Positions 9,433 to 18,664 of a stretch of 64,000 nucleotides of DNA are shown here, piece after piece. A program made the position numbers and the translations under genes. Position 1 is the stretch's first letter. Each line of letters opens with the position of its first letter. The notes under the pieces are model-generated. The model searched no databases, was not told the origin of the DNA, and saw only the letters and a list, made by a program, of their open reading frames with translations. The stretch is from Chthonomonadales bacterium (lineage in GTDB: Bacteria; Armatimonadota; Chthonomonadetes; Chthonomonadales; CAJBBX01), in assembly GCA_049967475.1 (NCBI GenBank), contig JBMFSQ010000007.1, positions 1-64,000 on the forward strand. The letters are read 5' to 3'.

Positions 9433-11751
9433 ATGGCTGGGATCTTGGGTCTGCTCGTTTGGGCCGCCCCTGGCGCGCCGGGGACACAATCGGGTCCATT
9501 CCGGGTTGCCCGCTGGATCGCACCGGGATACCGGGGTGCTTCTGAACCCTTGGCTTCGGTACTCGTGCGGCGTGAGTTTATGCTGGCGAGCAAACCCCGC
9601 AAGGCCGTGTTGCGCATCGTGGGGCTTGGCGATTACGCTCTTGCGGTGAACGGATCCCGCGTGGCGCCTACGGGCATCAACCAACCTTGGTCCCAGTACG
9701 AACGCACGCTCTATTACGCTTCGTATGACGTTACGCGCCGGCTCCATGCGGGCGCCAATTGCATCGGCGCGGCACTCGGGGCTTCCTTTTGGCACAATCC
9801 CGATGCACCTCCCGGCCGGTACAACAAGGCCGGGCCCCAACGGACAGTCGAAACCCCTTACCTGATGCTTGCCGAACTGGAAGCGACCCTTGAGAATGGG
9901 GAAACCGTGCTCTTGGGATCCGACGCTTCATGGACGTGGCATCCGGGACCGGTTACCTTCACCCATGTATACGCCGGTGAGGATTACGATGCCCGTTTAG
10001 AAGTGAAGGGCTGGGCCGAGCCGGGGCTCGCTACGACGGGCTGGCAGGCATCCGGCGTGGTTGCGCCTCCCGCCGCGCGGTTGCTCCCCCGCGCTATGCC
10101 CGGGTTCGGCCTCTTCCAACGCTTCCAGCCGTCGGAGGTGCGCGAGGTAGCAGCCGGCGTATTCGGCTATGCATTCCCCCAAAACATGGCTGCGCAGCTT
10201 CGGGTGCGCTTGCGTGGGGGGCATTCCGGCGATCGGGTTGTGTTTCGGTGCGGCGAACACCGGAATTCGGCTGGCCGGTTGTTTGGCGGTTACATTGTGG
10301 ATTGCAGCATCACCACAGATGGGGGGCGGGTGGATCGGCAGTGGCAGTTCTTCTATTTGGGTATGCAGTTCGTTGAAGTGTCCGGCGCCGTGCCCAAGGG
10401 GACCCCGAACCCCAAGGGACTTCCCGTTGTGGATGCCATGGAGCTGGTCCACACCCATGCCGCGCTGCCCGAAGTGGGGCGGTTCCATTGCTCTTCGGAT
10501 CTGTACAACCGCATCCACACGATGATTGACTGGTCGTTTCGGTCCAACATGAGCTGGGTCATGACCGATTGCCCCCATCGCGAGAAGCTGGGATGGTTGG
10601 AGTGCGCCTATTTGTTGGCACGGTCATACCTCTATCGGTACGATGGGCGGGCGTGGTTCGCCAAGATCGCCCGAGACATCGCGGATGCACAGGAGCAGTC
10701 GGGAATGGTGCGCACGGTTGCGCCGAGCTATCCTGCCGGCCGCTTTCCGGGCGCCTTCGATTTCACGGTGGAGTGGGGGGCTGCGGCCGTGATGGTGCCG
10801 TGGGAGCACTATTGTTGGTACGGTGACGCCCAGGTGTTGCGCGCCTTCTTGCCCTCTATGCGAAGGTATGTAGATTATCTTACGGCGGCATCCCGAGATG
10901 GCGTAGCTCCGGGGGGACTGGGCGACTGGTACGACTACGGGCACGGCTATGGCCCGGGCCCGTCGCGCTTCACACCCCCGGAGCTTTCGGCCACTGCCAC
11001 GTGGGCTCTTTGCGCGCTCACGGTGGCACGGGCGGCGGAGGCAGTGGGCGACGAAGACGCGGCTCGGGAATACCGCGCTCTTCATGCGCGGATCGCCGAA
11101 AGGTTCCAGAGGGCCTTTCAAGATCCTGCGACGCGCCTTCTGAAGCACCTGGGCAGCCCCCAGTGTGCCGACGCCATGGCGCTCTGTGCCGAGGTGGTTC
11201 CGCAGGCGGACCGCGCTAGGCTCGTGGAGGATATCGTAGCGGATTTGCAGCGGCGCGGCTGGCAGCAGACAGCCGGCGACGTAGGGCATGTGTACTTCAT
11301 TCGCGCGCTGGCTGAAGCAGGCAGATCCGACGTGCTTCACAAGGTGTATTCGCGCACCGGCCTGGGCAGTTATGGCGGGATCCTGGCCAAGGGGCTCACA
11401 TCTCTGCCGGAAACGTGGGACGCCATGATGGATGGCTACCAGTCCCTGAACCACGCTATGTTGGGGCATGTGATGGAGTGGTTCTACGGATATGTAGCAG
11501 GCATTCGTCAGGCGCAGGGCAGCGTAGGGTGGCGCGCCATCGTCATTCAGCCCAATCCGGGACCGCTCACGGAAGCATCAGCAGCGATCAAAACGCCCAG
11601 GGGGACCGTGTCTTGTGCTTGGCGCCGCAGGGGAGGGGAGTTCCGCCTGGAGGTTCAGGTCCCAAGAGGGATCCAGGCCGTAGCGGTGCTGCCGTCCGGA
11701 ACGATGCATGAACTGAAGCCGGGGCGGGCCGCGCTCACGGAGCGGGATTAG
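9433..11751 (+). CDS. Alpha-L-rhamnosidase-like glycoside hydrolase, GH78
   Basis: TDCPHREKLGWLE, GLGDWY, LTSLPETWD, SLNHAMLG motifs; AGGAGG before ATG 9433 (start uncertain, see findings). Confidence 0.85.
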   Translation: MAGILGLLVWAAPGAPGTQSGPFRVARWIAPGYRGASEPLASVLVRREFMLASKPRKAVLRIVGLGDYALAVNGSRVAPTGINQPWSQYERTLYYASYDVTRRLHAGANCIGAALGASFWHNPDAPPGRYNKAGPQRTVETPYLMLAELEATLENGETVLLGSDASWTWHPGPVTFTHVYAGEDYDARLEVKGWAEPGLATTGWQASGVVAPPAARLLPRAMPGFGLFQRFQPSEVREVAAGVFGYAFPQNMAAQLRVRLRGGHSGDRVVFRCGEHRNSAGRLFGGYIVDCSITTDGGRVDRQWQFFYLGMQFVEVSGAVPKGTPNPKGLPVVDAMELVHTHAALPEVGRFHCSSDLYNRIHTMIDWSFRSNMSWVMTDCPHREKLGWLECAYLLARSYLYRYDGRAWFAKIARDIADAQEQSGMVRTVAPSYPAGRFPGAFDFTVEWGAAAVMVPWEHYCWYGDAQVLRAFLPSMRRYVDYLTAASRDGVAPGGLGDWYDYGHGYGPGPSRFTPPELSATATWALCALTVARAAEAVGDEDAAREYRALHARIAERFQRAFQDPATRLLKHLGSPQCADAMALCAEVVPQADRARLVEDIVADLQRRGWQQTAGDVGHVYFIRALAEAGRSDVLHKVYSRTGLGSYGGILAKGLTSLPETWDAMMDGYQSLNHAMLGHVMEWFYGYVAGIRQAQGSVGWRAIVIQPNPGPLTEASAAIKTPRGTVSCAWRRRGGEFRLEVQVPRGIQAVAVLPSGTMHELKPGRAALTERD

Positions 11752-11810
11752 TTCCCCGGAACGAGGCGGTCCAAGGCATTCGATAATTTGGGCACGTTTT
11801 AACAGGTTGA

Positions 11811-11825
11811 TATCGTATACCGATA
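11811..11825. promoter_or_regulatory. Inverted repeat TATCG-N5-CGATA, likely PadR operator
   Basis: Palindrome ending 3 nt before the PadR ATG. Confidence 0.5.
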
Positions 11826-11828
11826 ACG

Positions 11829-12173
11829 ATGCCCGATTTTGCTCGCGAGATCTTCGTGTCTTTCATCCGCCTGCACGTGCTGCACCATGCGGCCCATGCC
11901 CCAATCTATGGGGTAGAGATGCTGGAAGAACTGCAGCGGCACGGCTATCGGATGAGCCCCGGCACTCTCTACCCGGTCCTTCACCAGCTTCAGGCGCAGG
12001 GATACCTGGAGTGTGAGCGAAGGGTGATTGCGGGCAAAGCGCGCAAATACTATCGCACAACCGAACTGGGCCGGCAGGTGCTCGAGGCGGCGCGGCCCAA
12101 GATCCGCGAGCTGATGGAGGAGGTGCTGGAGGATGCGAGGGGTACGGAAGGAGGAAGGAATGCGCCGGCGTGA
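11829..12173 (+). CDS. PadR-family transcriptional regulator
   Basis: IRLHVLHHA...IYG...SPGTLYPVLH...RKYYRTTELG. Confidence 0.9.
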   Translation: MPDFAREIFVSFIRLHVLHHAAHAPIYGVEMLEELQRHGYRMSPGTLYPVLHQLQAQGYLECERRVIAGKARKYYRTTELGRQVLEAARPKIRELMEEVLEDARGTEGGRNAPA

Positions 12174-12837
12174 CATCGTGGTTGTGGGGATTGCTGCGGC
12201 CGTCACTTCCGTGACACGAGGCGCGGCGGCGCAGGGGGCCGACAACCCGGAGGCAGGGGTCACCGCGCCCGAAGATCTGATGAAGGAGCATGGCGTACTC
12301 AATCGGTGCCTGCTGATATACGAGGAAGGGTTGCGGCGGTTGCGCGGGGGAGGTGCCATCTGGCCGGGAGTGTTCCACCACACAGCGAGCCTCGTGCGTA
12401 CGTTCGTGGAGCAATACCACGAGCGCAACGAGGAGCGGTACATCTTTCCTGTATTCCGCAAGAAGGGCAGGCTGACGGACTTGGTGGACACACTGGAGGC
12501 GCAGCACAAAGCGGGCAGGACGCTCACGACGCGCATTCTGGAGCTTTCCAGCCCGGGCGAATTCGGCAGGCGAGAGAACCTGCAGAAGCTGGAGGCGAGT
12601 GTGGAAAGCTTCATCCGGATGTATCGGCCCCACGAAGCGCGCGAGGACACGGTGCTCTTTCCGGCACTGCGAACATTGGTATCCGCCCGCATGGTAGCAG
12701 ACCTGGGCGACCGCATGGAAGAGGACGAGCGCCGCGTGCTCGGTGAAGGCGGGTTCGAGAGAAGCGTGGCCGAGGTCGCCGAGATTGAAGAGCACCTGGG
12801 CATCTACGATCTAAGGCAATTCACGCCCAGGCTCTAG
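12160..12837 (+). CDS. Hemerythrin-like (HHE) domain protein with probable Tat signal
   Basis: MRRRDIVV...AAA twin-arginine leader; EH, HERNEE...FP, QH and HEARED...FP ligand motifs; GGAGG RBS. Confidence 0.75.
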   Translation: MRRRDIVVVGIAAAVTSVTRGAAAQGADNPEAGVTAPEDLMKEHGVLNRCLLIYEEGLRRLRGGGAIWPGVFHHTASLVRTFVEQYHERNEERYIFPVFRKKGRLTDLVDTLEAQHKAGRTLTTRILELSSPGEFGRRENLQKLEASVESFIRMYRPHEAREDTVLFPALRTLVSARMVADLGDRMEEDERRVLGEGGFERSVAEVAEIEEHLGIYDLRQFTPRL

Positions 12838-12838
12838 G

Positions 12839-13432
12839 CTATTCTGCCGGCACCGTGTCTTGTGGCAGGAAACCTGTTTCGGCGATCACTTGCTTCAAGG
12901 TTCGGGCGCTGGTGCTGCCGGGGTTGTAGCGCACCACGGCACGCTTTGTTCCGAAATCCACCCGTGCCTCATAGACGCCGGGCGCATGCTGCAGCCGGCT
13001 CTCGATGTTGGCGGCGCAAGCCGGGCAGTCCATGGAGGGTATGGAATAGGTTACCGTTTGGGCAGAGGCGGGTACGGCGACGTTGCGCAACGGCGGCCGG
13101 CGGTTCAGGGTGAGCAACGCGACTTGCGGATATGCGATGGTAGCTAGAGTGAAGAGGGTTACGACCCAAAGCACATAGCGGGTCGTACGGGTTGCAGGCA
13201 GGCGCGTAGTGCAGGACCCCGCGCACTCCTTGGCGGGGCGATAGGCAAAGTAGAAGCCTGCACCGAGAAGCGCAAGGGTCAAGGCAGTGAGGTAGGGGCG
13301 GTAGGGTGCAAGCAGGGATGCGAACCCAAGGCTCCCTGCTCCTGCTGCCCCCAGGATCAAGGGCAGGATGCAGCAGGATGATGCCGCAATGGCGGCCAGC
13401 ACTGCTCCAGCGAGTACGAAAACCTTTTTCAT
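12839..13432 (-). CDS. merT: MerT-like mercury transporter fused to an HMA (MerP-like) domain
   Basis: ASSCCILPL in TM1, PYRPY, second Cys pair CAGSC, C-terminal MDCPAC HMA motif. Confidence 0.85.
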   Translation of the reverse strand: MKKVFVLAGAVLAAIAASSCCILPLILGAAGAGSLGFASLLAPYRPYLTALTLALLGAGFYFAYRPAKECAGSCTTRLPATRTTRYVLWVVTLFTLATIAYPQVALLTLNRRPPLRNVAVPASAQTVTYSIPSMDCPACAANIESRLQHAPGVYEARVDFGTKRAVVRYNPGSTSARTLKQVIAETGFLPQDTVPAE

Positions 13433-13442
13433 CTCTTTTCTC

Positions 13443-14879
13443 CTATTGGGCACAGCACGAGAGGCGCGCAGGGTCCTTGTATCGTGAGATCGCTACGATC
13501 TTGAGCGCTTCCGCCATCGTGGGGTACACATGGATCTGGTCTACGAAATCGGCGATTTTGGCTCGGAAGCGCATAGCCATCGCTGCCTCGTGGATTACTT
13601 CGCTTGCTCCGTGGCCTACCATGGTAACCCCAAGAACCTCTTCCGTGCGGCCATCGGCAACCATCTTTACGAAGCCCTCGGTGTTCCGGATGGCGCCCGC
13701 CCGAGGGACCAGTTCCATGGGTACCACGTTGCACCAACACCGGCGCCCTTCGGCGAGCACCTCTTCTTCGGTCCTTCCAACCGTTGCAATCGGCGGATCG
13801 GTAAAGATGGCCCTGGGGATGAGGCGATGGTCCACAGAACGAGGTTCTTCGCTTGAAAGGGCGTTGTGCGCGGCGATGCCCCCGTCCTGGCTTCCGACCG
13901 GCGTAGCCATCTGGCTGCCGACCTGCCGGCCGATGACGTCGCCTGCCGCATAGATGTGGGGCTGGTTCGTTTGCAGATAGGGGTTGACGAGCACAGCCCC
14001 GCCATCGTCGAGGGCTACGCCCGCCTTCTCGATGGCGATGCAGTCCGTGTTTGGTTTGCGACCGGTAGCTACGAGGAGTTTATCTGAGCGAACTTCTACG
14101 GGCTTCCCCTTCTGAAGCACTTGCACAACCACTCCGCTGCCGTCTTGGCGCACTGCGACGGCTTCGGCGCCGGTCAACACCTGGATGCCCTCGGCTCGAA
14201 GCACGGCCTCAATCGCAACGCCCACTTCCGGTTCATAGCCGTGGGCAAGCATCTGCGGGCTGCGCTCAATGATTGTTACATCCGACCCGAAGCGGTGGAA
14301 CATCTGGCCCAATTCCAGAGCGATATACCCTCCGCCGATGACAGCAATGGATCGCGGAAGTTCCTTCAGCTCGACGCCTTCTTCATCTCCCAGAAGGTCG
14401 CTTGTGAGAAAAGGCACGCTGCCGAGGCCTGGAACCTCAGGTAATACGGGTCGGGAACCCGTCGCGATGAGGATTTTGTTGCCTCTGAGCCGCAAACCGC
14501 CGGCCAGGACCGTGTGTTCGTCTACGAATTCTGCGTGCCCGTGGACGATGCGCACTTTGCCTTCCACGAGGCTTTCGTACTTCTTCTATCGGTATTGATG
14601 CACCACATCGTCCTTTTGGGCAATGAGCGTTGGGAAGTCCACGGCGAGCGCGGCAGGCTGAATGCCGGGGTAGCGCGGATGGCGCGCCTCATGAATGATG
14701 CGGGCAGCTTCGATCAGGTTTTTGGACGGCAAGCATCCGCGGTTGGCGCACGTTCCGCCCACAATGCGCTCTTCGATCATGACGGCGGTTTTGCCCAATT
14801 CCTGGGCGCGCAGTGCGGCTGCGAAGGCTGTGGATCCCGATCCCAAGATCACCAAGTCGGCGAAGGTTGTTTGGGTCAT
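13443..14879 (-). pseudogene. merA: Mercuric reductase interrupted by an in-frame TAG at 14586-14588
   Basis: GSGSTA FAD site, [13 protein letters not shown] redox site, IGGGYIALE, HVYPTMAE and C-terminal SCCA. The two ORF pieces are in the same frame: ...HQYR-TAG-KKYESLVEG... Confidence 0.85.
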
Positions 14880-14925
14880 AGAGCATCTCCTTTTTGACGC
14901 ATTCACGATGCATTGTGGGATGGAT

Positions 14926-15375
14926 TTACCGGACGGCCCGGCTTGTCGGCTTCGGCGCGGGAGCCACAGGCTCCGCTTGCCGGGAGTGAGCAGGGAGGCT
15001 GAGATACCCGAAGCCCTCGAGGAGGGCACCCAGGATCTTGGCCACGCGTTCGTCCCGCAGGTGGTAGCATGCGAACTTGCCCTCCTTGCGGGCGCGCACA
15101 AGACCGGCGACGGCAAGCATCTTGAGGTGATAGGACACGGCGGGTGTGGACATTCCCAGCAGAGCCGAGAGTTCGCATACGCACAAGTGTTCGTGTGCTA
15201 GGGCTGCCAGGATGGTGGCGCGGGCGGGATCGGCGAGGACCTTGAGCAGCGATGCCATTTCGTAGAAGGTCTCGCGCGGCGGCAAGAGGGCTGCTACACG
15301 GCGAACTCGGGTAGGGTCATCGTTGTAGGTATCACATGTGAGATCTGCGTGTTCGTTCAGCGGCAGACGCGTCAT
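14926..15375 (-). CDS. ArsR/SmtB (CadC-like) metal-sensing repressor
   Basis: [22 protein letters not shown] motifs and an N-terminal Cys; AAGGAG RBS. Confidence 0.9.
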   Translation of the reverse strand: MTRLPLNEHADLTCDTYNDDPTRVRRVAALLPPRETFYEMASLLKVLADPARATILAALAHEHLCVCELSALLGMSTPAVSYHLKMLAVAGLVRARKEGKFACYHLRDERVAKILGALLEGFGYLSLPAHSRQAEPVAPAPKPTSRAVR

Positions 15376-15411
15376 CCGTATTGCTCCTTCGGGGGTCGTG
15401 TCAACGTATCA

Positions 15412-15435
15412 ACGTTCAAACAATCGTTTATACGT
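15412..15435. promoter_or_regulatory. ArsR/SmtB-type operator (imperfect inverted repeat)
   Basis: ACGTTCAAAC-AATC-GTTTATACGT, 8 of 10 positions complementary, AT-rich, just upstream of the ArsR gene. Confidence 0.6.
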
Positions 15436-15672
15436 ATTTGCAGCGGCCATAGGTTCCTGGAGTGTCGTACCGCACCATCGTAAACCTGCGGCATCAGTTT
15501 GTAGGTTCAAGTGTACGTTTCTGCTTTGGATGCACGCATCGCGGCTGGGGTGATGGGGCGCCGGCAACCAGATTGCCTGGATGGCGGGTTCGGGGGTAAG
15601 ATTAACGGGTAGATGCGCAGAACCGATGCAGTAGGCCGGGCGGCGCTCTCTTGTTTATCAGGAGGGAGGGGA

Positions 15673-16698
15673 ATGTCGGAACTTCGCCAAGATCCTGCCA
15701 CGAAGCGGTGGGTCATCATTGCCAGTGAGCGCGCGCGCCGACCTCACCAATTCGTGCGGACGGCAGATCGGGCACCCGTGCCTGAGTATGATCCTGCATG
15801 CCCTTTCTGCCCTGGGAATGAAGACAAGACCCCGCCGGAGGTGTACGCTCTGCGTTCCGACGGTTCCGCCGACGGCCCAGGATGGAGTGTGCGCATCGTG
15901 CCGAACCGCTTCGCAGCGCTTTCTCCGGACACTCCGTTTGAGGTGCGGCGGCCGGACATCTGCACGAGCATCGGGGGGTATGGAGCGCATGAAGTAATCA
16001 TCGAGGCGCCCCAGCACAACCTCACTTTGGCGACTATGCCCCGAGCCCACATAGAGCACATCGTGGCTGCCACCTTCCACAGGTTGGCTGTTCTTGGCCG
16101 CAACCGGCGCTTCGCCTACGTGGCTAAGTTTCGCAACCATGGGGCGGCTGCGGGCACCTCGCTGGTGCATCCCCATTCGCAGATCATTGCGACGCCGATC
16201 GTGCCTACGGATGTACGCAACGAGATCGAGGAAGCGCGCCGCTTCTACGACGACCGGGTGCACTGCGTGTATTGCACGATCCTTGCCGAGGAACTGGCAG
16301 ATCGCCGGCGGGTGGTGATGGAGGCGCAGCAGTACATCGTGATTGCACCCTTTGCCTCCCGCTTCCCATTTGAGTTGATGATCCTGCCCCGTGAACATTC
16401 CCCTTCGTATTTGGGAGGGCAGCGTAACGGGTCGTCGTGGATCGCGGAGGCTCTGCATCGTACCGTACGCCTTCTCTATTTGGCGGCGAACAATCCAGAC
16501 TATAACCTGGTGATCCACACTACACCTCTCAGGGACTCGTGCGAGGATTACTACCATTGGCATGTGGAAGTTCTGCCGCGCCTCACGACACCGGCGGGCT
16601 TTGAATTGGGCACGGGCATCTACATTACGACTGCCGTGCCCGAAGAGACAGCCGAGTACTTGCGGGACTTTGTGCCGAAAGTGGATGAGGATCCATGA
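15673..16698 (+). CDS. galT: Galactose-1-phosphate uridylyltransferase (GalT/HIT family)
   Basis: ELRQDP, CPFCPGNE, GYGAHEVIIE, AGTSLVHPHSQ, AGFELGTG; GGAGG RBS. Confidence 0.9.
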   Translation: MSELRQDPATKRWVIIASERARRPHQFVRTADRAPVPEYDPACPFCPGNEDKTPPEVYALRSDGSADGPGWSVRIVPNRFAALSPDTPFEVRRPDICTSIGGYGAHEVIIEAPQHNLTLATMPRAHIEHIVAATFHRLAVLGRNRRFAYVAKFRNHGAAAGTSLVHPHSQIIATPIVPTDVRNEIEEARRFYDDRVHCVYCTILAEELADRRRVVMEAQQYIVIAPFASRFPFELMILPREHSPSYLGGQRNGSSWIAEALHRTVRLLYLAANNPDYNLVIHTTPLRDSCEDYYHWHVEVLPRLTTPAGFELGTGIYITTAVPEETAEYLRDFVPKVDEDP

Positions 16699-18080
16699 CA
16701 CCTTTACCGGTACCGGCGGATGCGGAGATTGCTTCGCGCGTTTGGGCGACACCGCTGGCGGACACGCATGAACACCTGGTGGAAGAGGAGGCCCGTACGG
16801 CATTCCAGGGACCCGGGCTGGTTCCCTGCGACGATTGGGCGACCCTTTTTTCCCACTATCTGGACGCGGACCTGCGCGTGGCGGGGATGCCGGCCGAAGA
16901 CCACCGGGCCCTCTTTTCTCCGTCGGATGATCCCGAGAGCAAGTGGCGGTATCTGGAACCATGGTGGCCTCGCGTAAAGAACACGGGGTACGGCAGAGCC
17001 GTGCGGATCGCTGTGGAGCGGCTGTATGGGATCGGGGATGTGTGTGCGCAGACCATAGGGCGGCTCCAGGCTGCCTACGCATCCCGCGTGCGGCCGGGTT
17101 TTTACCGGGAGGTTCTGTGTGAAGCGGCCTCCATCGAGTACTGCCAAGTGAACTCATTGCAAGCGCCCTTTTGCCGCACCCGCCAGCCGTTGCTCCTGAT
17201 GCAGGATCTCTCCATTTTGGGCATGCACATGGATCCCGCTTCGCGCGCTCTAGCCGAGCCGGCGTCCATCCAGGTACGAGATTTGGCCGATTGGCATGCT
17301 GTAATCCGGTGGTGGTTTGACGCGTTCGCTCCCTATGCAGTGGCTGTGAAGAGCCAGGCTGCCTATGGCCGCAAGCTGGACTATGCAGAGATGCCGGCGG
17401 AAGCCGCAGCGCCGATCTTCAGGAAGATCGTGGAGGGGGAGCCTGTGCCCGGCCCCGAGCGGAAGAAGGTGGAGGATCACCTGTTTTGGTTTTGTGTGCG
17501 GTTGGCAACCGAGCGGCAGCTTCCGGTAAAGCTGCATACGGGATACCACGCAGGACATGGCTCCATGAACCTGGATTGGGTACAGCAGAATGCGCGCCAT
17601 GCCTGCGATCTTCTGCGGCGTGCTCCGGACACGAAGTTCGTGTTCATGCACATAGGCTATCCGTATCAATCCTCCTTTGCCGCGCTGGCCAAGCACTATT
17701 CCAATGCGTACCTCGATTTCTGTTGGGCGTGGATCATTGACCCGGTAAGTTCCCGGCGCTTCTTGGAACAACTCATCGTGACGGTGCCTGCCAACAAGAT
17801 CCTGGTTTTTGGCGGGGACTTCATCCCCGTAGAGCCCGTGGTGGGCCATGCCGAGATGGCGCGCCAGGGTGTGGCGGCTGCTCTCTCTAACCTCGTAGGC
17901 CAGGGCTACCTTGATCGGCGGGACGCCTTGGATCTGGTGGATCCTCTTATGCGCGGGAATGCTGCGGAAGTGTTTCAGGTGGATGCCAAGCGCAAAGCAC
18001 TCGCCGGCGCGCCGTGGCTGGATCAGGCGAGCAATCCTGCCGATGCCAATTCGCGAGCCAGCGGTTCTGCCCCTTCGTGA
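16695..18080 (+). CDS. Amidohydrolase-superfamily protein (uronate isomerase-like)
   Basis: DTHEH, LPVKLHTG, FVFMHIGYP, NKILVFGGD metal-ligand pattern; ATGA overlap with galT. Confidence 0.75.
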   Translation: MTPLPVPADAEIASRVWATPLADTHEHLVEEEARTAFQGPGLVPCDDWATLFSHYLDADLRVAGMPAEDHRALFSPSDDPESKWRYLEPWWPRVKNTGYGRAVRIAVERLYGIGDVCAQTIGRLQAAYASRVRPGFYREVLCEAASIEYCQVNSLQAPFCRTRQPLLLMQDLSILGMHMDPASRALAEPASIQVRDLADWHAVIRWWFDAFAPYAVAVKSQAAYGRKLDYAEMPAEAAAPIFRKIVEGEPVPGPERKKVEDHLFWFCVRLATERQLPVKLHTGYHAGHGSMNLDWVQQNARHACDLLRRAPDTKFVFMHIGYPYQSSFAALAKHYSNAYLDFCWAWIIDPVSSRRFLEQLIVTVPANKILVFGGDFIPVEPVVGHAEMARQGVAAALSNLVGQGYLDRRDALDLVDPLMRGNAAEVFQVDAKRKALAGAPWLDQASNPADANSRASGSAPS

Positions 18081-18664
18081 ACGACGGCGCGCCAGCCGCG
18101 CTCCCGTGCTGCTTGCACGTATGCTTCCACATCGTCTATGAACAGATGCTCGGCCGGGGCGCATCCGGTAAGGTGCTCCACGTGCCGGAAGATCGCTTCA
18201 TCCGGTTTGCTCATCCCTACTTCGCATGAGGCAACGACGTGGTGGAACAGGGCGATCACCTGAGGATAGTGCCTGCGGATCCACCGCAAGTGGACGTCGT
18301 CTGTGTTGGTGAGGAGTATGCGCGTCGCGGACGGGATCCTGGCGATGAGGCCGGTGACCACGGGATCTTCCCAGAAGCGGTTGCAGTAGATGCTCTCGAA
18401 CTCTTCGTATGAGAGACGCATGCCCGTGGCCGCCGTGAATTGCTGGAAGAACTCTTCCCCGGTACTGCGTCCTTGGGTGAGGCCCATCTGCTCGTGCAGG
18501 TGCAGCAGGGTGTCCACGGGGTCCGTTGTGCATTGTGCGCACCGGGCTCGGAGCATTCGGTCTCTGCCGGAAAAGTCGAAGCGGAGGAGCACCTGCCCGA
18601 GGTCACAGACCACGGCGCGGATCCTTGCGGCGTTGGCGGGGTTTCGGGGTGCGGGCTCAGTCAT
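18023..18664 (-). CDS. HAD-family phosphatase
   Basis: VVCDLGQVL motif I, LLTNT, SCEVGMSKP, LFIDD; start overlaps the upstream stop. Confidence 0.85.
   Translation of the reverse strand: MTEPAPRNPANAARIRAVVCDLGQVLLRFDFSGRDRMLRARCAQCTTDPVDTLLHLHEQMGLTQGRSTGEEFFQQFTAATGMRLSYEEFESIYCNRFWEDPVVTGLIARIPSATRILLTNTDDVHLRWIRRHYPQVIALFHHVVASCEVGMSKPDEAIFRHVEHLTGCAPAEHLFIDDVEAYVQAARERGWRAVVHEGAEPLARELASAGLLA

Noticed and set aside
14586..14588. Genome-wide amber recoding or pyrrolysine
   Set aside because: TAG ends many intact genes here (thyX, merT, merA, pilC, pilD) and no pyl genes are present in the window
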